Below, one piece after another: positions 9,415-20,745 of a stretch of DNA of 32,014 bases. The notes under the pieces are model-generated. The model ran no database searches. It was not told the origin of the DNA and saw only the letters and a list, made by a program, of their open reading frames with translations. Each line of letters begins with the position of its first letter. Position 1 is the first letter of the stretch. Source of the DNA: Paraspadella gotoi (lineage: Eukaryota; Animalia; Chaetognatha); contig JBJCIZ010000514.1 of the NCBI GenBank assembly GCA_051294375.1, positions 1 to 32,014 on the forward strand. Direction: 5' to 3'. The translations under genes were made by a program, and so were the position numbers.

Positions 9415-10637
9415 TATGGACGCAACAAGTTTCAGAGTAAGAATGAATTTAATCTTCAACAAGGTTAATAACAATAAAGTCCACAAAATCAGATGCTAAG
9501 TCTATATCAATTAGTTCCCCAGCCTTATCAAACTCCATACAAAGTTCTCACTTGGTCCGGTTTCCCTTTATTTTATGACTAACTCATTTTGAAACCCTGT
9601 ACATTAGAGCGTAGTGAAAGTTACATACGAAAATTCTAAAAGTCAATTATTAACAACATACCATCAGTGAACATTAATTTGTAAAAAAAATCAATTTTAT
9701 ATTTTTTAATTTTCGCAGTAGGCTATATTTATATATAGTACTATCCTTATAAAATAAAAAAAATTGCAGATTTTAATTCCTCATAAAAAGTTTATAAAAG
9801 AAAATATAAATCATTTTTAAAAATTCTTTCATTAAATGGGTTAAAAATTAAAAAGTTAATTTTCAGCTTAAAATATAACTTTTTCTAATTTTTGACTCAA
9901 TGAAGGAATTTTTTAAAAAGAGTTATATTTCTTTTTATCAACTTTTTATGACAAATCCAAATCTGCAAAAAAATCTTAGAAAAAACTGTTTTGAAATTTT
10001 AACATTTATTGGATTAGTACTAGTATAAACATGGCCTACTGCGTAAATTGTAAAATTTATTATAAATTTTTTTATTACATAAATGTTCATCAGTATAATG
10101 TTGTTCGTTAAAGTTAAATTTAGAAATTTTACTACGCCTGTACACGCAAAAAAGTTTTTTGCTAATGAACCAAATCATCAAAGGAGAAATCAGCCTCACC
10201 AAAGTGAAACCAGTGAGGAGGATCGGGCAATCGCCGGCGGAATGGAATCGCCGAACCATGATTGGTCAAGATGGAACCGCAATCAACCAATCAGCTTGTA
10301 GGATCGATAGAACTGTCATAATCACTCGCTTCTGATCCTCTCTCTCAGTTATAAATAGACTTAATAAATAGGGCATCAAAGTCAATGAGTACTGATGCAA
10401 AAAAATTGTTTAAGAATGGGAGGCGTTGCGAGTTGTAACTGGAATTTTCTTCTTCGTCGGTAGGCGTTGGAGGACGGGACGGGACATCAAGGGAAAAAAT
10501 GAGTTGATGTTTTTGTCTTTTTTTTCACGGGGCTCACCACATGTGGATCCAACAAGTTTCAGAGTAAGAATGAATTTATTTTTCAACAAGGTTAATAACA
10601 ATAACAGTCCAAAAACTCAGATGCTAAGTCTATAACA
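9415..10637 (-). mobile_element. Non-autonomous LTR element (TRIM-like 1) with about 95-bp LTRs
   Basis: Direct repeats at 10542-10637 (minus strand TGTTATAG...TCCACA, contains AATAAA) and 9415-9509 (TGATATAG...TCCATA). PBS-like TGGTGAGCCCCGTGA lies 2 nt inside the 5' LTR and GGGGAA precedes the 3' LTR. No TSD seen. Confidence 0.75.
9608..10138. mobile_element. Palindromic Kolobok-like MITE, diverged copy nested in TRIM-like 1
   Basis: AGCGTAGT...ACTACGCC ends. Arms pair along their length (TGAACATT/AATGTTCA, CGCAGTAGGC/GCCTACTGCG, TGCAGATTT/AAATCTGCA). Confidence 0.75.
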
Positions 10638-11108
10638 ATGGGTATTTACAAGGTCAAAGTTTGACCATAAAAAGGATGAGGGAAAACGATTAAGGGACGA
10701 GGGTAAGTTCAGTTTTGAACGAGGTTGCGTGTTGTAGTTGTTAGTCCACACTAGCATAAAAAAAATTACTGATTGTAGCAAACTAATTTTAACTACATAA
10801 CCAGAAAGAAAAAAACGCTAACGGCTAAACGCTAAAGGAAGCAAGCCGGCATCCGGCTCCTGGTAAAGGCGACGGAGATGACGGCGATGGTGAGGATGAT
10901 AACCGGCGACGATCTTGCCGACGTAGGGTTCGTCCTGCGACCCTGGTAGGCCGACAACCAAACGCCGCCGTGCCGTAGTTGTACTGGTTCGGATGATTGT
11001 TGCTCTCCGCCCGCGCGGCGACCAATGTCTGAAAGACAGAAGATCAGAGAATTTTATGCATTTAACATATCAAAGAATATTTTGAAATATAATATATATG
11101 TACATTAA

Positions 11109-11592
11109 AGCGTAGCCAAAATATTAAAATAAAGTAGAATCAAAATTTGAATAGTAGATCACGAACAGGCTTGTACCTGTGAACATTTTTAAATAAAAAA
11201 AAGTAATTTTTATTTTTCAATTTTTGCATACTCACCATAGAAAATGATAAAATTTTAAATGGTTTTTTATTATTTTTAAAAGCAGATTCGAATTCCTCAC
11301 GAAAAGTTGACAAAAGGAAATAACTCTTTTTCGAAAATTATTTCATTAAATGTATCAAAATCCTAAAAAACTTATTATTAACCTATAATTAGATTTTAGT
11401 ATAAAAATAGTTTATTAAATTTTTGGCTAACTTAATGAAATAATTTTTGATTAAGACTTATATTTTCTTTATCAACTTTTTATGAGGAATTCGAATCTAC
11501 TTTCAAAACTAAGAAAACATTTTAAAATTTTTACATTTTCTATGAGAAATTAATACAAATTAATTCGAATTTTGATCTGCAATTTTCACATG
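11109..11592. mobile_element. Palindromic Kolobok-like MITE, copy with a partly deleted right arm
   Basis: Starts TTAA|AGCGTAG. Core 11229-11544 closely matches 4608-4894. Ends AATTTTGATCTGCAA as at about 6108-6122. Confidence 0.8.
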
Positions 11593-12331
11593 CAAATAGT
11601 TGCATACATTTTCTTGCAAATTAAATTCTTATATTAAATATATCCTATTTTGCTATTAAAAAAATAAAAAATCCCTTATATTTTAGTTTTTCTTTTTTAT
11701 TTCACTCTTTAAAACAAAGAAGCAAATGAAATATAACCGAAATGAATGAAAACAATGTCGGATCCGATGAATGAGCAAACAATGTCGGATCTGCTCACGA
11801 TCATTAGCGGTAATTAATTAATTAATTCATGTTTGTTTTAGGTCTTTTCGTCATTGACCACGACAAAAGCGATGGCGACGACGATGATGGCGACAACGAC
11901 AATAACGATTGACTTGATTGATTGGGTTTTGACGCTCGTGGCGGCCGACACGTGCATTTCGGCGCGGAATAAAAGTTCGACGACCGCGGAGTCACCGGCG
12001 GACGACATCGCGATCGAGACGGCTCATATAATAGGGAAAAGTTTTTACAACTGATTCAGTCGCGAAGAATAGGGGAAAAAGGGGGAAAATTAGTATGCAA
12101 GGTTTGAATTGTCGCGGGAGGGAAAAGTTGCCTCTAGAACGGACGTTCAACGCTTTTATTTCCGTTGGGGTTTAATTTTAACTGTTTTTAACTCACGTTT
12201 TTACCTTTTAATCTCGGAAATTAATTTGTTAATTTCACGCATCGTTTTATGTAAACAAACATTTTTGTCCCATCCTCGTCGCCAATGTGTTTGTTGATAT
12301 TAAAACTTACCAACGAGTTCCAAATTCTGAA

Positions 12332-12607
12332 CGTTAATTAAGAAAACCAACGTGATCGAAACTAAATGTACAGAGTGAAGAGACAGTAATAATTGTTGTG
12401 TTAGTGAAAGAACCGTTCAATATAAGCAGTCCCTGAGCTTCGGATCAGGCTGTAACACCGTGTTACAGGCGGGTTAAGCGCCCCGTCCCTCTTAACTGCA
12501 AGGCGTCTACCGGGCTAGAACCACGGACCTTTGGGTTGGGAGGCGAATGACTTGCCTCCGGCACCAATGGCCGCTGATGAACGGTTGGTGGATTTTAGTC
12601 CACCATA
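12332..12607 (-). mobile_element. tRNA-like repeat, longest copy (tRNA-like part 12574-12502)
   Basis: Minus strand: hairpin leader, then GCGGCCATTGGTGCCGGAGG...ATTCGCCTCCCAA...GGTTCTAGCCCGG (73 nt, B-box one mismatch, CCC in the loop, anticodon stem broken), then structured 3' sequence. Aligns to 31551-31819. Confidence 0.8.
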
Positions 12608-12717
12608 AGAGGCACAAACAGATTGATTAAATAATTAATTGATAAAAAAATTGATCGAATAATTAATTAATAGATAAATTGATTGAATAATTATTTGATT
12701 AATTGACTTTTTAATTA

Positions 12718-12727
12718 NNNNNNNNNN
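12718..12727. other. Assembly gap (10 N)
   Basis: N run with GATTGAATAATTATTTGATTAATT duplicated on both sides. Confidence 1.
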
Positions 12728-12961
12728 GATTGATTGAATAATTATTTGATTAATTATTGATTACTTGCATTTACATTTAATATAAAAAGAAAAAAGCATA
12801 ATCAATTAATGAAAAAGATTTTTTGTTTTTTCCATTTAAACTCATTTCCACTCACACTCACGATTCCATCGAAACTTAATATCCAGCTCAATCACACACT
12901 TCCCTACCGCACACAAAATTTCATTTCAATCCATCCATCCAATCACAAGTAATTTGTTAAG

Positions 12962-13136
12962 GTAGGACGGACGGACAGACCGACGGACAGACAATTTTTT
13001 TTGCATTTATTTTATCATTATTTGATTTTCTGACATGATATAAGTGAATACCCGACAGGATTGAGGGGGCGGATCGACGGACCAACAAAGTGAATTCTAG
13101 GGCTGGGATCTGCTGATAAGCAAATCAGACTAAAAA
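12962..13136 (-). mobile_element. 5' part of a second HINE/DINE-1-like element
   Basis: Minus strand TTTTTAGTCTGATTTGCTTATCAGCAGATC hairpin, then CTAGAATTCACTTTGTTGGTCCGTC and a (GTCY)n microsatellite at 12965-12992. Confidence 0.6.
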
Positions 13137-13315
13137 TTCTAATAAAAAATTAATAATAGAAGGAACAAAGCTTATAAAGGACCTTAAGGCTAACTAAAAC
13201 TATCCTTCAATCATGATGTATTTTTTAATAAAACTGAAAAAAATATTCAATAATCATTAATCAATCTTAGCTATTTAATATGATAATCGGGTGAATAAAA
13301 CAAAAATAGGCCAAC

Positions 13316-13499
13316 CTGAGGCAGCCCCCGGGCGAACGAGGACAATAGAGCGGAGGGTTTAGGAGAATGTCCGTTCAGAGGTCGGAGAAGTTGGGGATCC
13401 TGGCGATGGAGGGCACAGAGGGTCAAGAGGCGTTTGTAGATGTCTGGTAGTTGCGCCAGCTTCTTTACCCGATCGATTCTCTCCTTGTGAATGTAGAAG
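13316..13499 (-). pseudogene. Exon-like segment with an MCM4-like peptide
   Basis: GC-rich island bounded by TTTTTTAG| and CAG|GT. It reads HKERIDRVKKLAQLPDIYKRL, then VPSI in a shifted frame, resembling the remembered MCM4 motif ER...K.L...PDIYERL...APSI. Confidence 0.4.
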
Positions 13500-13544
13500 C
13501 TAAAAAATATTATATATTAAATTTTATCATTATTTGAATTGAAA

Positions 13545-14200
13545 TTTTTATCTGTAGTTATTTTCTTAATAAATTCAACGATTTGACTCCTCCCCTAATA
13601 TAGCCTATTACTCTGTTAAAACTTAAAACCGCATAAATCCGTAAACCATAAGGATCATGGGATCACAGTCCTGACTGTTAAGAATTGATTAAACTTTAAT
13701 AAATGAGTAACTGAAAGTAAAATTATTTTTTCATTTTGTAATTAATTTCCTAATAATTTTGACGATTTGACTTCTCTCCTGATATAGCTCTGATATTACT
13801 CTGTTAAATCTCCAAACCGCATAAAACCGCAATACACTATTATTAATGAATGATAGTCCTAACTATTAAAATAGTTGACAGTTTCCGTAGAAATTAAACC
13901 TGGTAAGGAAAATTTTAATCATTTTGTAGTTAATTTATTATAAATAAAAATTATTATTGGTGACTGGACAAGTTTTTTGAAAAAAATCATTTCTCTCTCA
14001 CTTTTAAAGATTAATGAAAACCGCAACAACATGCTCATGCTAAAACTTTATGTTATGTATTAAAGAAAAGTAAAACCGATTATCTTATCCATTAAAAATA
14101 AACGAGCCTATAATATTAAAAACTTATTTTTTTCCTCAAAATGAAATGTAAATTTACCTCCAATAATGCTTAAAAATATTAAATACCGCACAAAGGCATA
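13545..14200 (+). repeat. Diverged tandem repeat of about 165-200 bp
   Basis: ACGATTTGACT..TATTACTCTGTTAAA..AAACCGCATAAA is repeated with period 188 (CCGCA at 13629 and 13817), with weaker copies at 14021 and 14186. Confidence 0.7.
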
Positions 14201-14491
14201 AGAATTATAAAACCAGATGAAGGATTCGGAAAGAGTGATAAAACAGCTTCAAGATCTCATATTACAAACTAGATTATATACATTTAGTAAGGAACTATAT
14301 CAATTTAAATAAAGCATGTTTTTATCTAAAGATAGGTAGAAAAAGATAGGTTTGGATTGGAAGGTTGTTTTTCTCGGTATAAGCCCTTCAGAACCCTTCT
14401 TTTAAAATAAGATTACCAGCTACTGGGACAGGATATTTTCCTGGAGGCATGTGACAACGTGCCCCAGGCCCCAGAGTACTAAATTTCTCAC

Positions 14492-14665
14492 CTCGGGTCT
14501 GAAAGCGGGCGAGTATCAGGAAACAACGCGGGCGGCGGCGGCCAGGGCCAAGGGCAGGACGAGCGCCGGCTTTGCCCAATTTGAGGGAGACGGCGGCGAA
14601 GCGAGAGATGATTCTCCAGTCCGCTCTTTAATCACGACGCGCCAATGATCAGAGATTCTTACGCC
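14492..14665 (-). pseudogene. Exon-like GC-rich segment downstream of the UBR5-like exon, unknown origin
   Basis: A 77-nt GT..AG intron (14742-14666) precedes it and GAG|GTGAGA follows. The in-frame reading GVRISDHWRVV... ends at an internal TGA. Confidence 0.35.
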
Positions 14666-14742
14666 CTTTATATTCAAATTTTTTTATATATAATGATCAA
14701 AATACTAAATTCAAATAATCGATACACTATTCTGAAATTAAC

Positions 14743-14980
14743 CTGAAGATCCGAGGAATCAACGCTGTGTAAATCCAAGATGGCCGACTGATTCTCTGCA
14801 ATGAAATTCCACAAGGCAAAGAAAGCTGCGGCGTCGCGGCCCGAGGGTTGTCTCGGCGTCGACGAGGGTCCCAATGGACTCGAAGGTGACGGGATCGAAG
14901 AAGGCGAGGTCATGCCAACAGATCCTGAGCCCCAGGACATATTTCAGCTCGTGGCGGTTCAGATAGAGGGGCTGACTATC
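14743..14980 (-). pseudogene. UBR5: UBR5/hyd (EDD) HECT-domain fragment, frameshifted
   Basis: After TTAG| it reads DSQPLYLNRHELKYVLGLRICWHDLAFFDPVTFESIGTLV, then in a shifted frame DAAAFFAL. This matches the remembered UBR5 segment [33 protein letters not shown]...DADAVFSAM. Ends CAG|GT. No other HECT sequence seen. Confidence 0.8.
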
Positions 14981-15136
14981 CTAAGTTGAAAGGAGGGAAA
15001 TTGAGTCTAATTAATTAATGCACAATAGATGGGAGGCTATTTGGGTCAATGCCGCATTTCGACACTGTACATCTGACGAGAATAAATTAATTTTTATCAA
15101 GAGTCTGACTTTTCCTTATTATTATATATTTATTAA

Positions 15137-15707
15137 GGCGGAACAAGGTAAAAACTAAGAGTTCTGTCATAGAAATAACGTTAAAGTATCCCTGTGGGAT
15201 AACGAAATTAAAAAAAAATTAAGATTTTATGTATAGTTATATAGTATTACTATAAATCATGAAAATTTTATATTTTAAATTCAGAATTTTTAAAAACGGA
15301 TTCGGGTAGAGCTTTAAAAAACAAATAAAAAATATTATTACAAGAATTCCAAATTTTTATGTTTTATTAGTTAAAATTAGCAAAAACTATAAAAATTATG
15401 GTATGATAATGATGATTTTTATGGGTTTTCCCTTATTTGACCCACTTATCATTGAAATATTGAAAAACGCATTATACTTTGTGTAAACAACTTTTTATGG
15501 GCTATCTGAATCCGTTATTAAAAAATAAATTTTTTACAAAAAAATTTTTTCATTGCCTATGCATTTATAAATATTTCAATACTTCAATGTTATACTGTGC
15601 TTCACTAGTTATAAAAGTGATAGTAAATATTGATTAAGTATATGATGGACAAATGAATTTTATATGACAGAACTTCTAATGATAAAAGGGATCAAATTTA
15701 ACCCGCC
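15137..15707. mobile_element. Palindromic MITE with TTAA TSD and purine-starting TIRs (Kolobok-like, second family)
   Basis: TTAA|GGCGG...CCGCC|TTAA. Inner inverted pairs AGTTCTGTCATA/TATGACAGAACT and AACGGATTCGGGTAG/CTATCTGAATCCGTT. Confidence 0.8.
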
Positions 15708-15729
15708 TTAATATTTATAATGTGTATTG

Positions 15730-18700
15730 AACTAAGTTCGGAGAAGTGGCTGTCTTTGAATTCTAACTGTCTTGGCTAATTCTGCGCATTGAAGACCAAA
15801 GGAATTCAGGGATAAATGGCGCCGGTCAAAACGCCCTGGAGATGAGGACGACAAAGTCTCAGTAGAACGACGTCGGCTAAGGCCGAAGGCGAGGCGAGGC
15901 GAAAAGGTGCCTTTCATAATCACGAACAACTCGAGACGAATAACGCAATCTCAAAAAATTCAAATTTTCCTTACCGCAGGTGGCCGCATCAGAATCGTCA
16001 AACATTCTCCAGACATTCCTCTGGCATCCTTCAAACATCCCTCACAATTCTCGATGAGGACCTCGATACGGAAGACAGAATCTTTAAAGATCTGCGTACA
16101 TTCGTCTCCTTACCAAATATGTTAGAGACGCACAACCGTACTACGACGCAAAAAACCTTAGACTGAGCCTATGGGAAAAAATAGTAAAATGAGACGAAAT
16201 AAAATTTGTACTAAACTTCATCGTCCAATCTGTAAGCAAACGAATCTTCTTGAAATACACTGAAAAGCAAAAATAATTAGCATTCCTTATCTACCTTATG
16301 TCGTAGTAGGTTGGCAAAATAAAAAAATATTAAATTAAACCTTAGAGAGAGCAAAGAATTTTGAATTTTGACAACGATTTTTATTAATTAATTAATCGTT
16401 GTCAAAATTCAAAATTCTTTGCTCTCTCTAATACCTATAAACAACGAAAAAGAAAGGATTATCGCATCATAAATTAAACCTAAAAACGAAATCAATACAT
16501 CAAATGGTAAACCCGAAAAATACGTAAACCAAAAAATTGTTACTCTATAAAACAAAAGCAATACTAAATGCGCTGAAGGAAGTTACTTTAATGGTTTCAC
16601 CTTACTTTAAGCATCCGTTTGCCGATACAACGAGATTGAATACGGCAAGGTAAAACTAGGGGACAACGAATGGGGCGAGCATGCTCCAACCCTGCCAAAA
16701 AGTAAGAAAAGCAATATGGTAAACCTTCTTGTCGCTGGCTCCCTTATTCCAGCTCCCTGCTATCTTATTTTAAAGGGAGAAAATACAAAAAAGGAGACGT
16801 ACAAATTACCAAATGATTACGAACCAATATACCTGCCACAGAAAATTAGGACGCAACCATAAGGTCGGGTATGTACTTAAAGGGTTTTCGGTAAGGTCCT
16901 TGCCCGCCTAAAGAAGAAGACGGTGGTCAGTTTGTATTTCCCGGCGATTTCTCTCAGCCAATTCTTGCTGAAACCGGCTATACGTACAAGAGAAACCGCC
17001 CGCCTTGCTGCGTGCAGGGAGACAGTCTTGAACAGTTTTGACCGTCACTCCAAAAGCCTAAAGTTATATTTTAGCGTCGACTCACGAAGCTCCGTCCGTC
17101 TAGAGACTTTGAAAGTCGAGGCAAAAAACTTTTACCAAAAAGCGAAAAAATGTTAGGGGCAAACATACGAAAAATGTAAATCGCCAAAGAGAGCGGCCTA
17201 CATTTTCCTTACCTACTCTAAATGCCGTCTCTTCTCCTAGGCTATCAAAAAATCAACAAAGCTAAAGAAATACAAAAAATGGGACAGATGGGGTGTTTTT
17301 TAGCAGTCGGGTGGTTTGCAACACCGCTCTTCGTTCTTGCGTCGTTCTGGTCAAGAAGAACACGCTTTGCCGAGCGTTGGTTGCTTTCCTCCTCTCACTC
17401 AACAAAACGAGGCGAGACTCCGTCACAAAGGCGCCACTATGCCGATCATAGCCGACAGTGCAGAAATTCGAAATAAACATAATAAATAAACGTAAATAAA
17501 TAATCAAAAAATAAACACGGCTTTTGAAACGGGGCACCCCATAAGTAAAGATTTGCAAAGTGTAGAAAAAATAGGGGATCCGAGTGAACGCGCCAAAAAG
17601 TAAAATAAAAAAAAATTGTCGCCTCGTTTTACGGGAAACCGAATCCGTATTTCGGGATCACAACCCTTTACTCCCGCCACAGGAGAATTCGAATTTTTAT
17701 TCGAATTTAAATAAAACCAGAAAAACGAAATAAACGAAATAAAAATAACTATTAATTAAATGAAAAATAATTAAATTTATAAACTTGAAGACGAGCTTTT
17801 CAGCTCCCAGAAAAGAAAAAAGGCTTTCGAGAAAAGCCTAGAGCGCCATCGATTTAAAGTAAAAAAATGTTCCTAAGCCTTCATGCGCGGGGGCATGTTA
17901 ACCTTTAAAGAAAAATACCTGAAAAAGAGCCAAGGGCTTGCGCTCTCGACGAAGTTTAATTTATATAAAAAATGAAAAAGAATAATTAATAATATAAAAA
18001 AATATCCTAATCATTTAAAAAATTAAACACGTATAAAAAACGTTCGGTTTTTTATAATATGAAGCCTTCTGTATAGTAAAACAATCTTTTAAAAATAAAG
18101 AAAAAGCAGTCGAGTGATAACTTACCCAAGGTTAATTTCAAAGCTTTTTCAAATCAAAGTTTTTTTCCTTATGGCATCTCGTGTTAAAGCAGACTAATAT
18201 AAACTTTTACAATTATATTAAAATTATTTTTATTTTCAGCAAATGGAACGAATTGAAAAAAAAAGTAGACAATGTTTAGCAATTGAAAATGCAACTTTTT
18301 GCCGAGTACAGTGTCGAAATTCGGACTTTACCCAAATAGCCCAACCATCTAATGCACAATACCTAAAACCCTGGCCAAACTTACCTATAAGCGTTAAGCC
18401 TCTCCCCCGACGGAGACCCGCTCTTTGGCGTCTGGGGCGAGTAGAAGGCAGTACTTGCCGAGCTTCCAGAAGAGCGGGGCGCCGTCCTCCGGCTCCTTGC
18501 CCTCCATGTCATCCTGGGTCGGCACCAGATCGGGCGGCGTCAATGTCGGAGCCGCGCACGACGTCGAGGACTCGCCGGTGGAAGCGACAGTCGTCAGCGC
18601 CACGCCGTAGGATTTGTGGGAGGAGGATTTCCGTTTATCCCAGGAGGTATAAGTCGTCATTGTCACTCCTTTTTCTATATTTAATTACAATGTATTAATC

Positions 18701-19056
18701 AATACCATTAAAATTTTTTTGCTAAAACCTTTTATATTATTACAACTTGATAAATGAAAATAATAATTATACCCTACTTCCAGATCGTCACAGGTCGCTG
18801 ATGCTGGCGACGTCAAGTGAGACGACTAGCGCCGTCTGAGGTATCGCTGGGGTTGTCGCCCACCGTTGCTAAAAACAATACAATACTTTAAATAAGTACT
18901 CAAATTTTATACGATTTTTAGTACAAGCAAAACAAAACAATGCTTAATTTAGCTGATAGGAAAAGATGTACAAGGTAATACTGATTTAGTTTATAACGAT
19001 CGGCGAAACGAGTCGACTTGGGCCGGATCGATCTTTAAAGCTTTTCCTTTGTTCTA
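15730..19056 (-). pseudogene. Possible decayed multi-exon gene(s) of unknown product
   Basis: A series of GC-richer islands with minus-strand TTAG acceptors and GT donors (near 16875-17057, 18390-18676, 18777-18868, 18997-19053). They contain internal stops and no motif I recognise. Confidence 0.3.
16342..16431. repeat. Perfect 38-bp inverted repeat (mini-MITE or hairpin)
   Basis: TTAGAGAGAGCAAAGAATTTTGAATTTTGACAACGATT (16342-16379) is exactly inverted at 16394-16431 around a 14-nt AT loop. Confidence 0.95.
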
Positions 19057-19198
19057 AGAATTAAAAAAATATTTTGAATTTTGACATTCTAGTAAAGGCG
19101 AAGTACTATCTACCAAAAAAATGACTGGGCTACTTCATCTAAATAGATGCAAAAAGATGAAATACATTTTAAAATTCACAACAAATAAGTAAAATTGC

Positions 19199-19495
19199 TA
19201 AATTTTACTTTCGCCGACTAGGGTTTTGGCGTCTTTTAAAAAGCCACTAAAAAATACTTCTTTCGCTGACAGGGGTTTTGGCGTCTTTTGAAAAACCACT
19301 TAAAAATACTTAATTTTTTAAAAAAAATTTAAAAAAATTCTTACCCAATTACCCTAACCCTAAATCCTCTTAACCCTTACCACCCCGAACCCTAAACCAC
19401 CCTTAACCCCGGTCGGCGAAAGTAAAATTTACTCCCCTAACCCTAAACCCCCTAACCCTAAACCACCCCTAAACCCTTGTCGGCGAAATTAAATA
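19199..19495 (+). mobile_element. GTCGGCGAAAGTAAAATT-TIR MITE with both ends locally duplicated
   Basis: AAATTTTACTTTCGCCGAC at about 19200, GTCGGCGAAAGTAAAATTT at about 19412-19430, an internal duplication of about 52 bp, a CCCTAA-like tract and a second right end at about 19479-19493. Confidence 0.85.
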
Positions 19496-20081
19496 TAAAA
19501 GTTAAATATTCGAAACCCGCTACGAAAAAGGTGCCATTTGCATATGCCAAGCTGTAAAGATCATTAACTCTAAATAGTAAATTACCCTTCTTAGCTTTCA
19601 CTTATCCCTAATTTAACCAAAACCCTACTTAATTAACCCTTAATGGTAAATTATCATAACTTAATTAATCTTCAACTTCCATAAACTTTACCCAAACAAA
19701 TATAATAATAATAATAGCAACCAATATTAAAAAATTACGAGATCTGAATCAATTTGTTCTTTTTCCGTTAAAATATCATCGATATTAATTTAAAAAACCT
19801 TGCATTTTCTCATAGGCCTCCGAAACGTTTAACCGTTCGTCTGGACTTTACATTTGAATGTGTTTAATCAACAATTGCCTGATCCATGATCCAAAAAATT
19901 TGTAATGCTATATAATATATACCGAATCTGAAACCTCGGTCAGCCTAAGGCTTTGTATTTTGCATCCTAAAAAATTTAATAAGAAAAGAATTAAAAATTA
20001 AAAGCAAAATACTGAATTTTGACAAAGGCATAAATCATAACGAATGACTAAGCACAATTGACAAAAGATCTCTTGTAGTTG

Positions 20082-20420
20082 TTTATTATTATTATTATTA
20101 TTATTGTTTATTATTACCGGGACAGTTGGAAGCGGCGTGCTGCGTTTGCAAACGTGAACCCGAAGCTCCTACTTATGGATCGTCTGCGTGTCAGGTCAAA
20201 TGTTCCAATTTTCTTTTTGGAGAACTCGAGATGATAGTTTTCCTATTGAGCAGATGTTAGTCTCGCGGTTTCTGAGTAGAAGAAGAATAGAACAAGCTTC
20301 GGTCGGCAGTAATATGCGGGAGGCCAAATGTCCGGCCAATGTCATATGCAACTGAATGGTAAGACGGAGTCACGTGGAAATATCAGTACGGATTATCAAT
20401 GGTCATAAAATGAAATCAAG
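20082..20420 (-). mobile_element. 3' end of an RTE-like non-LTR retrotransposon
   Basis: The minus strand reads LISFYDH...TIQLHMTLAGHLASR...ILLL, resembling the RTE C-terminal I..RRL.LAGH..R region, and ends in a (TAA)n tail. Confidence 0.55.
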
Positions 20421-20544
20421 TGTTATACTGATGAGTGGGGTTTTTGTTCTCCAATACAAGAACTAATGAGCAACAGGAAGTAAAACTGTAAAACAAAATC
20501 AGGCACAAATCAAGAATAAGGCAAATACAATAAAGTAAACAGCT

Positions 20545-20745
20545 TAATTTTACATTCGCCGACCGGGATTTTGCAGTCGGTTTTTTTTTTGCTTTCTATG
20601 AGCGACGTATAGAAATCTTGTTACGAAAAAATTAAAAAAAGATATGCAAGGGTAGAAAAACTTTTCATAACAAATTTCATTTTAAAACTCCCCGAACTAC
20701 GCCTAAACCCTAACCACCTTTAACCCTAACCACCCCTAATCCCTA
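20545..20745 (+). mobile_element. Partial copy of the GTCGGCGAAAG-TIR MITE
   Basis: TTAATTTTACATTCGCCGACCGGGATTTTG left end and a CCCTAA-like tract at 20700-20745. Right TIR not seen. Confidence 0.6.

Noticed and set aside
4502-11592. Segmental duplication between about 4500-4900 and 11110-11545
   Set aside because: The similarity is explained by copies of the same palindromic MITE.
11838-12012. Small minus-strand ORF with a hydrophobic tail (IVIVVVAIIVVAIAFVVV)
   Set aside because: The hydrophobic run is the antisense reading of a degenerate (GAC/GAT)n tract and has no other support.
12502-12574. Functional tRNA-Gly(CCC) gene
   Set aside because: Anticodon stem does not pair, the B-box is mutated, and it is embedded in a dispersed repeat.
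12575-12607. CTGATGA as a hammerhead core (also near 20428, 26581, 28052)
   Set aside because: No correctly placed stem II-GAAA-stem III, and the 31551 copy lacks the motif.
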